From an uncultured Barnesiella sp. (GTDB taxonomy: Bacteria; Bacteroidota; Bacteroidia; Bacteroidales; Barnesiellaceae_A): 64,000 nucleotides of DNA. Below are positions 9,152-17,846 of this stretch, piece by piece. The stretch spans positions 28,671-92,670 of the forward strand of contig CALUJY010000001.1 in assembly GCA_944321085.1 (NCBI GenBank). Direction: 5' to 3'. Below the pieces are notes generated by a model. That model saw only the letters and a program-made list of their open reading frames with translations, was not told where the DNA came from and ran no database searches. A program made the position numbers and the translations under genes. How positions within the stretch are numbered: position 1 is the stretch's first letter; every line of letters starts with the position of its first letter.

Positions 9152-12100
9152 TTATCGGCGTATCTTCAATATTTCGTTGCCACAACGTACGATGTAGATA
9201 CCTTTGGCAAGTCGGCTCAGGTCGGCATTGCCCTTTTGGCTCATTACCATTACACCGGCGATGTTATATACTTCTACGCGGTTTTCCGTGGGGTTCACCA
9301 CTTCGCGGCCGTTATAGAAAATCGTCTTGCCGTTGTTGAGCTCCTCTATACCAGTGGGGAAGTCGTTGGTATTGGCATCGACAAACGTTACATTGTCTAC
9401 ATAAGCTGTATTGGCACCTTCGATAGAGAGATAGATGCGGTCGGTTGCAGCAAATGCGGGGAACCAATATCCGGCTACTGCACTGGCAGCCCTTACGTTT
9501 TCGAGCCAAGTGTCGGCAGGCAGGTCGATCGACTCTACGTCGGAGCCTTCCTCGGGAACCGACTCTTCGAGGTGATCGTTGTAAGTCCAGTTAGCATCGG
9601 TAGCTATCAGCGGTATAAGCTCGCCTTCGGCCGTGTAGAGACTAACTTTGGGTGTTGTAGCCCCGTTGGTGGTGGGTACATACATATCGAAGAGGATGTA
9701 TTTGTATCCTTCGGTTTGCGATTGTGCGCCGGGATAATCGGCGGGTGTATCGAATCCTACTTTCATGGCATTGTTTGCGCCTGATACTTCAAGTATATAT
9801 GAACCGTTCTTTTCGGTGAAGGGAACACTGGTCGATGCCTGAGTTATTACACCTACCGAAGTAGTGTACTCGGCGGGATATACGTTCGAGGGGAAGAGGC
9901 GTGCATCGGCAGTGAGTGCATTCTCGAAGTCGTAGTTGAACTCCTGGTCTTGTACCGTGTGGATGATGTAGAGCGGAGCTGCATACGATACAGGGTTGGT
10001 ATATTTGCCGCCTATCGTCTCTTTGTTCAGCACAAATGTGGCATCGGACGACCACAACTCATACGTTGTGTTGCCTTCCAGGGGAACTTGCGACTCTATC
10101 ACGACTGTCATGGTGGTGTAGCCCTCGGCATCTGGCCCTGATTGACTTTCACTGATGACGTTTACCGAATATTGGTCTTCCAAAGGAACATTAGCTCCTT
10201 GTGCATTAGCCATTACGTCAACGTTTGAAGCTGTCATGTCGGCATCGCTTGTGAGCTGACCTATCTTGCGGAAGTTCAGCTTCGACTGACGGTATGTTAC
10301 GAAAGCATTGCCTAATTTCGTTTTTACCGTTACGGTGATGCGGTTTGCCGTCGAGGCCAATACACGGGTGGCTTCTCCCACTTTTACGGTGTTCATATCT
10401 ACCTTTACATTGAAATCTGCTTCTTCGAAAGGATTGAATTCCTTACCCGGAGCTGCTTCCAGGAAGATATATTGTACGTTACCGCCGTCGGTATCGTCGT
10501 TTGTGCCCGAGTCGTAGCCGTACATGTCTATTGTGGTCGATGCGCTGTTACGGAATGACCACCATGCTGCGCTACCGCGCGGGAGCAGACGCTCTTGCGA
10601 TGCGCTACCGCTGTTACCACGCATTTGGAATTTGCTCTCACGTGTGTTAGAGCCGTTGCAAACGAGCATCGTGATAACCTCGGCGCCCGAACCTAATTCA
10701 CCGCCTTGTGTTGCATTCAGCTTCAAGTAGCGGTGTTGGGGATTTGCTTGGTCATCAACAGGACCACCCATCTTCAACGATTTCGAGAAGGGGCCGTAAC
10801 CGTCCAAGGTAAATGTGTTGGAGGGGTCGTTTATGTCGAACCATGTTACACGTACCGGAGTTTTGGGGGTGCCGGCCGAACCGTAGATGGTAACACCGCG
10901 GAAAACGATGCTGTTGTCTCCATTGGGAATGTACATCTCGGCAGGAATCTCTTCTACCGTCCATACGCGCCATTCGCCTACTCCGGGTGTCCAGTTGAGG
11001 AGGTATAAGACTTTGACATCCATACCTTCGTAGGTGAAGGTAATTTCGCCTTCGCTATAAGAATAACCACTCAGAAAATATTTATTCTTTAAATTGCCTA
11101 CATGGATGTTCTCGGCGGGAATTGTAACAGTTTCTGAACCATTGACATATACGAAGTCGCCTGTAAATGTAGGAGTTTGTTGCATAATAGTTTCGTCGGC
11201 AACATCGGCTACCAATGTCATGGCATACGTTTCGTTACCGTCTTCCATGGGTTGTGTAGGCATCAGGTAGAGGGCGTAAGCAGTGCTATCACCCAATTTC
11301 AGTTCGCCGCTTGTCATGAATGCAGCACGTTGCATGCGCAAGTGGTAGGTGGTGCCATCGACAACGAGGTCATATAAAGTATTGAATACGTCGTCGGTCA
11401 TTGTGAGGGTACCTACATTGTATCCATAGCTTTCTATGCTGGCGCGTACGCTCTCGATGTCTTGGTAGTTGACGGTGCTATAATAAGGTACTACTACTTC
11501 TATTGTCGTGGAAGCATCGGCGGGCAGAGTGATTTCGTCGCCTGCAATGCGGAGGTATTTCTCCTCAGCAGGAACCGAAGTCATGAATGACCACTCTTTG
11601 CCGATTACGTTCTCACCGCCGGCAACAGCGGTGGTGGCGCTTACGACAACATTATATGTAGTGTTTACTTCTGTGGTTACACCTGCCACTGTGAAGGTGA
11701 GGTTGTCGCTTGTGGTAACTGTTACAGGCTCTCCGTTCACTGTGATGGTAGGCATATTTACCTCGCTGTTGTAAGTTACGGTGATGTCGCTACCTGCATC
11801 GACGGTGGTGCCATTAGCGGGGCTTACCGATGTAATGTAATATGGTTCTAAGCTCCAAGTAACGCTTTGGAAGTCTATTTGGCCTCTCTTGCAGAATATG
11901 TAAACAAGTGTTTGAGCATCGGCGTCGCTGCTGATTTCTGCTGTAAGGGTCGAGCCGGTGGGGGTGGGTTGTCCCATCATTGTAGCTTGCCCGCTACCTT
12001 GAATATTGCTCAATTCGTTGGCGGTAAGTATCGTGGTATTGGTCGTGGTGTAGTAGTACACGTCACGGGTCTTGCTCATTGCATTGATGATAAGGCGGCC

Positions 12101-13075
12101 TTGTGCTCCGGCGGGTAACAAGAAATACATGTAGCCCGGTTTGTCATTGCCGTCTTGGTCGATACGTTTCAAAGAGAAGTATGTATCGGTAACGGCATAG
12201 CAATCGACAATAGCCAGCGTATTATCTATGATAGACGACCCTGTTTGTGTAGGCAACGGCCATGTGGTGGTTACTGTGGTGGGGTCGATATTCAGGTGCA
12301 CGGGCTCGTCGATAGTGGTGTATGATTGGGTAGCGGTAACTGTCTCGCCATTGACCATACCCGATACCGTCACTTCGTAGGTAGTGCTGTATGTCTTGTC
12401 GAAATTGAGCGTGTAGGTTGTCCCGCTGCCTTCAACAACGATGTCGCTACTTACCCCCCCGCTTGTATATGAGGCAGTTACGTCTGTGGCTTCGCCGCTG
12501 AACGTAGCTGTAATGGCTGCGTCTAAGGCGATGCGACCATCGCTTGTCGGGGCAGAGAGTACTACGTTGGGGCCTTGTGCGTTGGGAACCCATTGCATGG
12601 CGTAGAAGTTGATTGCGTGACTTGTTGTGAGAGATATTGTTCCTGGACTATTTATGCTTTGAGAGAACCATTGCGGAGTAGTTGTGGTTGCTTGGGCAGT
12701 CCCTACAGGTTCATTATTGAGAGAAATTTGTATAGTACGGACATTATTGTCTCCTCCTGCTACAGCGAGCCATTTTATAGTTCCTGCACTTGAAACATTG
12801 ATACTCATGGTACGATTGTTTCCGGCAGATTGTAATCGAAGATCATAAGTGATGCCATCTACCGTTTTTCTCCCTGATGTAACTTTCCAATATTTATTGG
12901 TTCCAACGGTGCCATCAAACGTAATATCGTCTGTAGTTGTCCCTTCATAGAAAGCCCCTTCAACCCATGGGTCATTGGAGAAATTCCACAATTTCTCTCC
13001 CGAAATTGTGGTCTGAGCCGCACCCCAAAGGGCAACCGCTGAGAGGGCGGCGGTAAAGAATAATTTTTTTAACAT
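9152..13075 (-). CDS. very large secreted multidomain (Ig-like/beta-sandwich) protein with a T9SS-type C-terminal sorting domain
   Basis: Signal peptide MLKKLFFTAALSAVALWGAAQ. Thr/Val/Ser-rich Ig-like repeats (e.g. ...TYEVTVSGMVNGETVTATQSYTT, ...TYNVVVSATTAVAGGENVIGKEWSFMT). C-terminal ...VEVYNIAGVMVMSQKGNADLSRLAKGIYIVRCGNEILKIRR fits the type-A Por/T9SS CTD. Confidence 0.7.
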   Translation of the reverse strand: MLKKLFFTAALSAVALWGAAQTTISGEKLWNFSNDPWVEGAFYEGTTTDDITFDGTVGTNKYWKVTSGRKTVDGITYDLRLQSAGNNRTMSINVSSAGTIKWLAVAGGDNNVRTIQISLNNEPVGTAQATTTTPQWFSQSINSPGTISLTTSHAINFYAMQWVPNAQGPNVVLSAPTSDGRIALDAAITATFSGEATDVTASYTSGGVSSDIVVEGSGTTYTLNFDKTYSTTYEVTVSGMVNGETVTATQSYTTIDEPVHLNIDPTTVTTTWPLPTQTGSSIIDNTLAIVDCYAVTDTYFSLKRIDQDGNDKPGYMYFLLPAGAQGRLIINAMSKTRDVYYYTTTNTTILTANELSNIQGSGQATMMGQPTPTGSTLTAEISSDADAQTLVYIFCKRGQIDFQSVTWSLEPYYITSVSPANGTTVDAGSDITVTYNSEVNMPTITVNGEPVTVTTSDNLTFTVAGVTTEVNTTYNVVVSATTAVAGGENVIGKEWSFMTSVPAEEKYLRIAGDEITLPADASTTIEVVVPYYSTVNYQDIESVRASIESYGYNVGTLTMTDDVFNTLYDLVVDGTTYHLRMQRAAFMTSGELKLGDSTAYALYLMPTQPMEDGNETYAMTLVADVADETIMQQTPTFTGDFVYVNGSETVTIPAENIHVGNLKNKYFLSGYSYSEGEITFTYEGMDVKVLYLLNWTPGVGEWRVWTVEEIPAEMYIPNGDNSIVFRGVTIYGSAGTPKTPVRVTWFDINDPSNTFTLDGYGPFSKSLKMGGPVDDQANPQHRYLKLNATQGGELGSGAEVITMLVCNGSNTRESKFQMRGNSGSASQERLLPRGSAAWWSFRNSASTTIDMYGYDSGTNDDTDGGNVQYIFLEAAPGKEFNPFEEADFNVKVDMNTVKVGEATRVLASTANRITVTVKTKLGNAFVTYRQSKLNFRKIGQLTSDADMTASNVDVMANAQGANVPLEDQYSVNVISESQSGPDAEGYTTMTVVIESQVPLEGNTTYELWSSDATFVLNKETIGGKYTNPVSYAAPLYIIHTVQDQEFNYDFENALTADARLFPSNVYPAEYTTSVGVITQASTSVPFTEKNGSYILEVSGANNAMKVGFDTPADYPGAQSQTEGYKYILFDMYVPTTNGATTPKVSLYTAEGELIPLIATDANWTYNDHLEESVPEEGSDVESIDLPADTWLENVRAASAVAGYWFPAFAATDRIYLSIEGANTAYVDNVTFVDANTNDFPTGIEELNNGKTIFYNGREVVNPTENRVEVYNIAGVMVMSQKGNADLSRLAKGIYIVRCGNEILKIRR

Positions 13076-13249
13076 AAGAATTTGTTTTATAGTTTGTTCG
13101 TTAATTTATTTTTTCATGGTTCGGATATGTATTGGACATTACGTCAGCCACAGTATGCCACTGCCACCATAGCAATAGAGCAATACAGTTATGTGCTCAG
13201 TAATCAGTTGCTTATGTGTCAATACAAGCAGTCGCTTACTAAGCAATAG

Positions 13250-13280
13250 CAAAGGTAACGATAAAATTTATCATTACAAA
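13250..13280 (-). promoter_or_regulatory. Bacteroidota sigma-A type promoter (-33 TTTG / -7 TACCTTTG on the minus strand) for the 1307-aa cargo gene
   Basis: Plus strand shows CAAAGGTA (13250-13257) and CAAA (13277-13280), 19 nt apart. This implies a ~170-nt leader. Confidence 0.45.
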
Positions 13281-13497
13281 ACGACTTTTTATTATATATC
13301 AAAAAATCTACCTGAAAAATTAATTTTTACCCCTGAATATACTCCATAATATGCCTTTATGGCTTTTGTATCAGGGCAGTCGCTTGTGTGAGAAAAGAAA
13401 GTTTCGACCTAATAAAATAGGATGTCGTATAGTCCGTTTACTAATATTTCTTTTTTGATTCGTCGTATTTTATGTGTAGCTTTCTGAAAAATTGCAG

Positions 13498-13530
13498 CGG
13501 GAATCTTGCCTCGCTCGGCAAGAATTCCCG
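13498..13530 (-). terminator. hairpin after the 592-aa cargo gene (probable terminator)
   Basis: CGGGAATCTTGCC / GGCAAGAATTCCCG stem with one bulge. The T-run (ATTTTTC) is offset by ~6 nt on the minus strand. Confidence 0.4.
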
Positions 13531-13608
13531 TTGCCAACAAACACTACTTAATTAAATTAAATAACCATAAAAACATTAGATAAATAGACTCTCTTCACAG
13601 AGAATATG

Positions 13609-15387
13609 TCAACGCCTTGCAACGCGTTTTATTACAGCCGTAGAGCCGTCGGTATATATTATGCGGGCTATATATATGCCATCTGTGGGCTCCGACAGCA
13701 GGCGGAAGCCTTGTATAGAGTAAAATTCTGTATGCGATACCACTTTGTCGATGAGGATTGTGCCGACAGCTTCGGGCGTGTTGAAGCTCTGTTTTGCTGC
13801 ATTGTAAACGTTGCAGTCGTTGCGGTCGTCGGGGTTGTAATTCGACACGAATACTACTGCCGTCATACGGGTCTCGTCCCAATCTTCGGGTATTGTCACC
13901 GTATAGTTTACAGTGGCTTCATTGCCGTTCCACGGGATAATATCGCCCCAGACGTCGTCCGATGCCACGTCGCGTACTACATTGGCATGCTTGAAGCTGC
14001 TCGATGAGATGCCGGCCTGAGCAATGGCTTTCACGCTGTCTTCTACAAGGAAGAGTGTGAGACGCGATTGGGGGCATTGCACGTCGAAGGCATCTATTTT
14101 GCTGCATGTCACGGTAATTTTTGCTTCGCGCGTGCTTTCATCGTAGTTTACCACAGGTTTTGCCTCTACGAGGGCGGGATTGGGGAGTACGGTCTCTATG
14201 GCCGAAATGACGTCTTCGGCATTGGCAATGCTCTCTACGGGATATTCTTCCGAGAGGCGGCGGCGGTCGAGCATTTTGGCCGGGGCATACGAGCCGTCAG
14301 GGCCGTATAGCCATACGTAGGTGTCGCTGTCGTCAATGGTGAGCCAGTCGTCTTTGTAACCCGAGTGGTGAGATACGTGTACTACCTTGTCGCCGTATAT
14401 CTGCATGGCATCGTCGATGGCGAAGATGCCGCGCGGACAGTTGGGGCACTCTTCCGAGGTGAATTGCTCCAAGAGTACTATGTGGTTGAAGGTTTCGTCG
14501 TAGGTAGCGAACGGGGTCGCCATGCTGTTGTTGTCGGTGTCATCGTCGGTAACATTGCCTTTTATGGCGACCGAAGTGCTCAGCGACGATACGCCGAGAG
14601 GCGCTGCGTCGGCGGGTATCTCTATGCGCAGGGTGTCGCGCTGACGATATTGCAACGTCTTGTCGGTGGTGAGTTGCAACTCATCTCCGTCGTTTATCCG
14701 ATAGGTGAGGTTGTAGCCCTCAATCGGTGTAGAGGCTGCGTTGCGTATTACGCATGTAGCATTGAATGATGTGCCTGCGGGTTGCACATTGTTGTCGAAG
14801 TAGCAAGACTCTATCTTCAAATCGGTTGCGGGCAGGTTGTCGCCTTCGATATACATCTCTATACTCACCACTCCTTCGCTTTCAAGGCCTTTATCTTGCC
14901 ACTCGTTGTCTTTGGCTAAGTAGTAGCCATATTGCGAGGGCTTGCCTACCAAGGAGATACATTTCGCTTGCTTCAATTGCTGGGTGAATGAGAAGCCGAG
15001 GTAGAGGTCGTTGTTGCCGTCGATGAGGTAGGGGGTGTCGAAGTCGGTTTCGTTCCACCCTGCTGTTTGTGAAGCAAATGAGCCCGAGGCAGCATTGCTG
15101 CCTGTGAGGTCGGTGCGTACCCAACCTACGAGTTCGGTCATGTTTTCGGTTGTTGTCAGTCCCACTCTGATACCTGTGATATGTGTGCCGGCATATTGCG
15201 CAAGCATCTCCTGCGGGAAGCATACGGCAACCGAGATAGTACCCATGCCCGATTTGCCTACGCCTTTCTCTGCCACCTCGCCGTCGCAGTAACCTACTAT
15301 CAGCGATGCGGCTTGTGTCGTGTGTCCCGACAGAACCGAAAGGCATAAGATGATAAATGTGTAAAGTATATTTCGTGTCATACCCAT
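13609..15387 (-). CDS. secreted protein with a thioredoxin-like CPNC motif (resembles Omp28-related proteins) and a T9SS-type C-terminal domain
   Basis: Signal peptide ...LCLSVLSGHTTQAAS. VLLEQFTSEECPNCPRG (CPNC at nt 14437-14448). C-terminal ...TEFYSIQGFRLLSEPTDGIYIARIIYTDGSTAVIKRVARR. Confidence 0.65.
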   Translation of the reverse strand: MGMTRNILYTFIILCLSVLSGHTTQAASLIVGYCDGEVAEKGVGKSGMGTISVAVCFPQEMLAQYAGTHITGIRVGLTTTENMTELVGWVRTDLTGSNAASGSFASQTAGWNETDFDTPYLIDGNNDLYLGFSFTQQLKQAKCISLVGKPSQYGYYLAKDNEWQDKGLESEGVVSIEMYIEGDNLPATDLKIESCYFDNNVQPAGTSFNATCVIRNAASTPIEGYNLTYRINDGDELQLTTDKTLQYRQRDTLRIEIPADAAPLGVSSLSTSVAIKGNVTDDDTDNNSMATPFATYDETFNHIVLLEQFTSEECPNCPRGIFAIDDAMQIYGDKVVHVSHHSGYKDDWLTIDDSDTYVWLYGPDGSYAPAKMLDRRRLSEEYPVESIANAEDVISAIETVLPNPALVEAKPVVNYDESTREAKITVTCSKIDAFDVQCPQSRLTLFLVEDSVKAIAQAGISSSSFKHANVVRDVASDDVWGDIIPWNGNEATVNYTVTIPEDWDETRMTAVVFVSNYNPDDRNDCNVYNAAKQSFNTPEAVGTILIDKVVSHTEFYSIQGFRLLSEPTDGIYIARIIYTDGSTAVIKRVARR

Positions 15388-15409
15388 AGCCGTGTTATAG
15401 ATGAGAAAC

Positions 15410-15451
15410 GGGCGACTGTCTCGTGCCGTTTTCGGCGCAGAACAGTCGCCC
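15410..15451 (-). terminator. compound hairpin between the 702-aa and 592-aa cargo genes (terminator or attenuator)
   Basis: GGGCGACTGT / ACAGTCGCCC outer stem with an inner GCCG/CGGC stem, followed on the minus strand by GTTTCTC. It ends ~23 nt before the next start codon. Confidence 0.45.
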
Positions 15452-15463
15452 GGGAATAACTAT

Positions 15464-17572
15464 TTATCTAACAACCTTCGCTGCTTGATTGCCAACGCGT
15501 ACAATGTAGACACCCTTCTGTGTGAGGCGCGATGTCACTACTGCACTACCTGTGACGTCGGCTTTTATAAGGGCACCGCCTATAGTGTAGATATATACGG
15601 GCTCGCCAGCGGGATTCTCAATGCGCAACTCGTCGCCTGCGAAATAGGCTTTTGCTGCTTTGTCGGCATCGATTGCTTTCACTGCGTCGGGTGCATTGAC
15701 ATATACTTCGTTCGATTCCTCGCCGTATAAGATTTCGTCGCCATATACGGGGTCGATGGTTATGGGGAAGTAACCGTTAACGGTGTAGCTGTAAAAGTCG
15801 CCTGCTGCCGACCCCGGAGTCTCTACTATGGCTTGCAGTACGCTCGACTCTTCTGATGCTACTTTGCGGTAGGGGAATCTGATATATTCGTCTTTATTAA
15901 GAGTTTGCGTCACTTTCAGGTCGTCGAGATAGATGACGTCGCCGCCTTCTGTGGCATCATATACCATGATGTAGATTTCGCAACCGTTTACGCCGCCTTC
16001 GAGTTCATAAGAGAAATCTTGCCATGTGGTGCCGACCGGTACGCCTACATAGCCCGGGAAGGGAACACCCTCTTCGTAATTAACTAACGAGAGGACGAGA
16101 ACAGCATCGTCGAGGAAGCTTTTGGCTTTGAATTCGACTTTTACTTTGCCGCCGCCGTTAGAGAGGTCGAAGGTGGGAGAGAGCAGGAAGCCCGGAATGC
16201 CCCAGTCTGCCATCATGTTGGTAATACCAAGGATGCCGCTATCATCGGATGTGAAACCGGTGAGACCTAAGTCAACCATCCATCCGGGTTGCTGCATGTA
16301 TTTGTCCATATAGTTTAATTGGACAAGAGTTTGAGGGCCTTCTGCTGTGCCGCCGGGCATGAGGTCGAAGTTTTCATCGGAGAGTACTACAACATCTCCA
16401 TCGGCTTGTGCAATATGATGTTTTGTTACGTTTACTTCATAACAGTATGCAAATGATGCAGCGTTCCAGTTGGCGGTAAAGCTCTCGTCTGTTACATCGG
16501 TAGCAGGAAGAGCCTCAGGTGTACCAACGGCGTCGGGTGTCAGATATCCGAAAAGTGTACCGGCGGGCGATAGATGTTCGCCATCGGTGGCTTTCACTTC
16601 CAAACGGTAGTAGGTACTGGCAACGATGGGGAAGTCTATCACACAGGTTGTGTCGGCCGATTGTATGTCGTATTCGGGCAGGGCATATACTCCGTTATCT
16701 ACGTCGTAGAGAGCTACATGATAAGAGGTTGCATTCTCGACTTTTGTCCAACGGGCAGAGATTTGGTCTAAGCTCAGCAATGCCATATCTTCTACGACGG
16801 GCTTGCCTATACCGTAATCGTAAGCAATCACTTCAAAATCGTCGAAATATACCATACCTTGCATGCCATGTAACAATATCATAGAACGGTTACCGCCACC
16901 GGTAAAGTCCATTTCACACTCTGTCCACTCAGATGTTATGTCGTATCCGCGAGCGTTTATAATACTGCCGGTAGCGTTATCGAGAGTCCAAGTTTGTAAT
17001 GCTTGTGTCTCTTGCATGGGGTTGGCACTGCGGGCACGGAATTTCAGTTTGTAAGCACCCCCGGTTGCGGCCAAATTCAGTTCCGGTGTAAGTAAGGTGC
17101 CGGGGCCGTCATCGCCAACTTCGTCAAGACCCAGGTAGGCTACACCGCCGGCTTGGTAGGCAAGAAATCCGTTCCATCCGGGTGTCTGCATGTAAGTTTG
17201 CATGGTGGTACTGTCGGCTGCAATGTCTGTTGCATCGGGATTGCCTTCACTACCGGCAGTCCATTTGGAGAAATCCTCAGAAAGTACAACTATTTCTTCG
17301 GGTGTAAAATCGGCGTTTTCTATAGTAGGAGCTTTTTGTATTTGGGAAGTGGGTTCGTTTCTCAAAAATTTAACAAAGTCACTGGCTTTGTATTTTGAGC
17401 CTGCATCACTTTTTAAGAAACTTCTTAGCGGCGCCGGAAGTTCCGACAGAGCCTTTGCCTCTCGTATTTGGTCGAGGTTAGCTACTTCGATGGGGTTACT
17501 TGTGTCGGCATACCCCCATGGCGCAAGACATAAAGAGCAAGTTGCTAATACAAGGAATAGTTTTGTTTTCAT
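15464..17572 (-). CDS. secreted protein with two ~155-aa duplicated beta-sandwich modules, FN3-like domains and a T9SS-type C-terminal domain
   Basis: Signal peptide MKTKLFLVLATCSLCLAPWGYA. Module A aa ~95-250 and module B aa ~394-556 are paralogous (VVLSEDFSKW..PGWNGF..LLTPELNL..GGAYKLKFRA..VYFDDFEVI versus VVLSDENFD..PGWMVD..LLSPTFDL..GGKVKVEFKA..IYLDDLKVT). FN3-like ...ISARWTKVENATSYHVALYD. C-terminal ...PVYIYTIGGALIKADV...GVYIVRVGNQAAKVVR. Confidence 0.7.
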   Translation of the reverse strand: MKTKLFLVLATCSLCLAPWGYADTSNPIEVANLDQIREAKALSELPAPLRSFLKSDAGSKYKASDFVKFLRNEPTSQIQKAPTIENADFTPEEIVVLSEDFSKWTAGSEGNPDATDIAADSTTMQTYMQTPGWNGFLAYQAGGVAYLGLDEVGDDGPGTLLTPELNLAATGGAYKLKFRARSANPMQETQALQTWTLDNATGSIINARGYDITSEWTECEMDFTGGGNRSMILLHGMQGMVYFDDFEVIAYDYGIGKPVVEDMALLSLDQISARWTKVENATSYHVALYDVDNGVYALPEYDIQSADTTCVIDFPIVASTYYRLEVKATDGEHLSPAGTLFGYLTPDAVGTPEALPATDVTDESFTANWNAASFAYCYEVNVTKHHIAQADGDVVVLSDENFDLMPGGTAEGPQTLVQLNYMDKYMQQPGWMVDLGLTGFTSDDSGILGITNMMADWGIPGFLLSPTFDLSNGGGKVKVEFKAKSFLDDAVLVLSLVNYEEGVPFPGYVGVPVGTTWQDFSYELEGGVNGCEIYIMVYDATEGGDVIYLDDLKVTQTLNKDEYIRFPYRKVASEESSVLQAIVETPGSAAGDFYSYTVNGYFPITIDPVYGDEILYGEESNEVYVNAPDAVKAIDADKAAKAYFAGDELRIENPAGEPVYIYTIGGALIKADVTGSAVVTSRLTQKGVYIVRVGNQAAKVVR

Positions 17573-17630
17573 AATCTGAGATTTTAGGATGAATAACTAA
17601 AATAATGCAGAAAAACTCGTTCTCTCTCGA

Positions 17631-17661
17631 CAAATTTATAAGGGCAAAAATCTATTTCAAA
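17631..17661 (-). promoter_or_regulatory. Bacteroidota-type promoter (-33 TTTG / -7 TAAATTTG) for the 702-aa cargo gene
   Basis: Plus strand shows CAAATTTA (17631-17638) and CAAA (17658-17661), 19 nt apart, ~55 nt upstream of the start codon. Confidence 0.5.
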
Positions 17662-17846
17662 AGAAAAATCGAGTATAAAACGACCTACAAGACCTGTAAA
17701 ACCTCTGTTTTTATATCTACAATAAGTCTGTAAAGCACTGATTAATAGATATATTTATTATATACGCCTATAAAGTTGAACCTTGCTTGGCGAAAAATGA
17801 GACGATTAATAAATCTTGTCGGGACGCAGTAGAAAGCAAAATATTT

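Noticed and set aside
13076-13608. Possible invertible promoter (inverton) upstream of the large surface-protein gene, as is common for Bacteroidales surface loci.
   Set aside because: I found no inverted repeats longer than ~7 bp flanking the promoter, and no nearby invertase. The only recombinase in the window (54626..55537) is far away in a conserved context.
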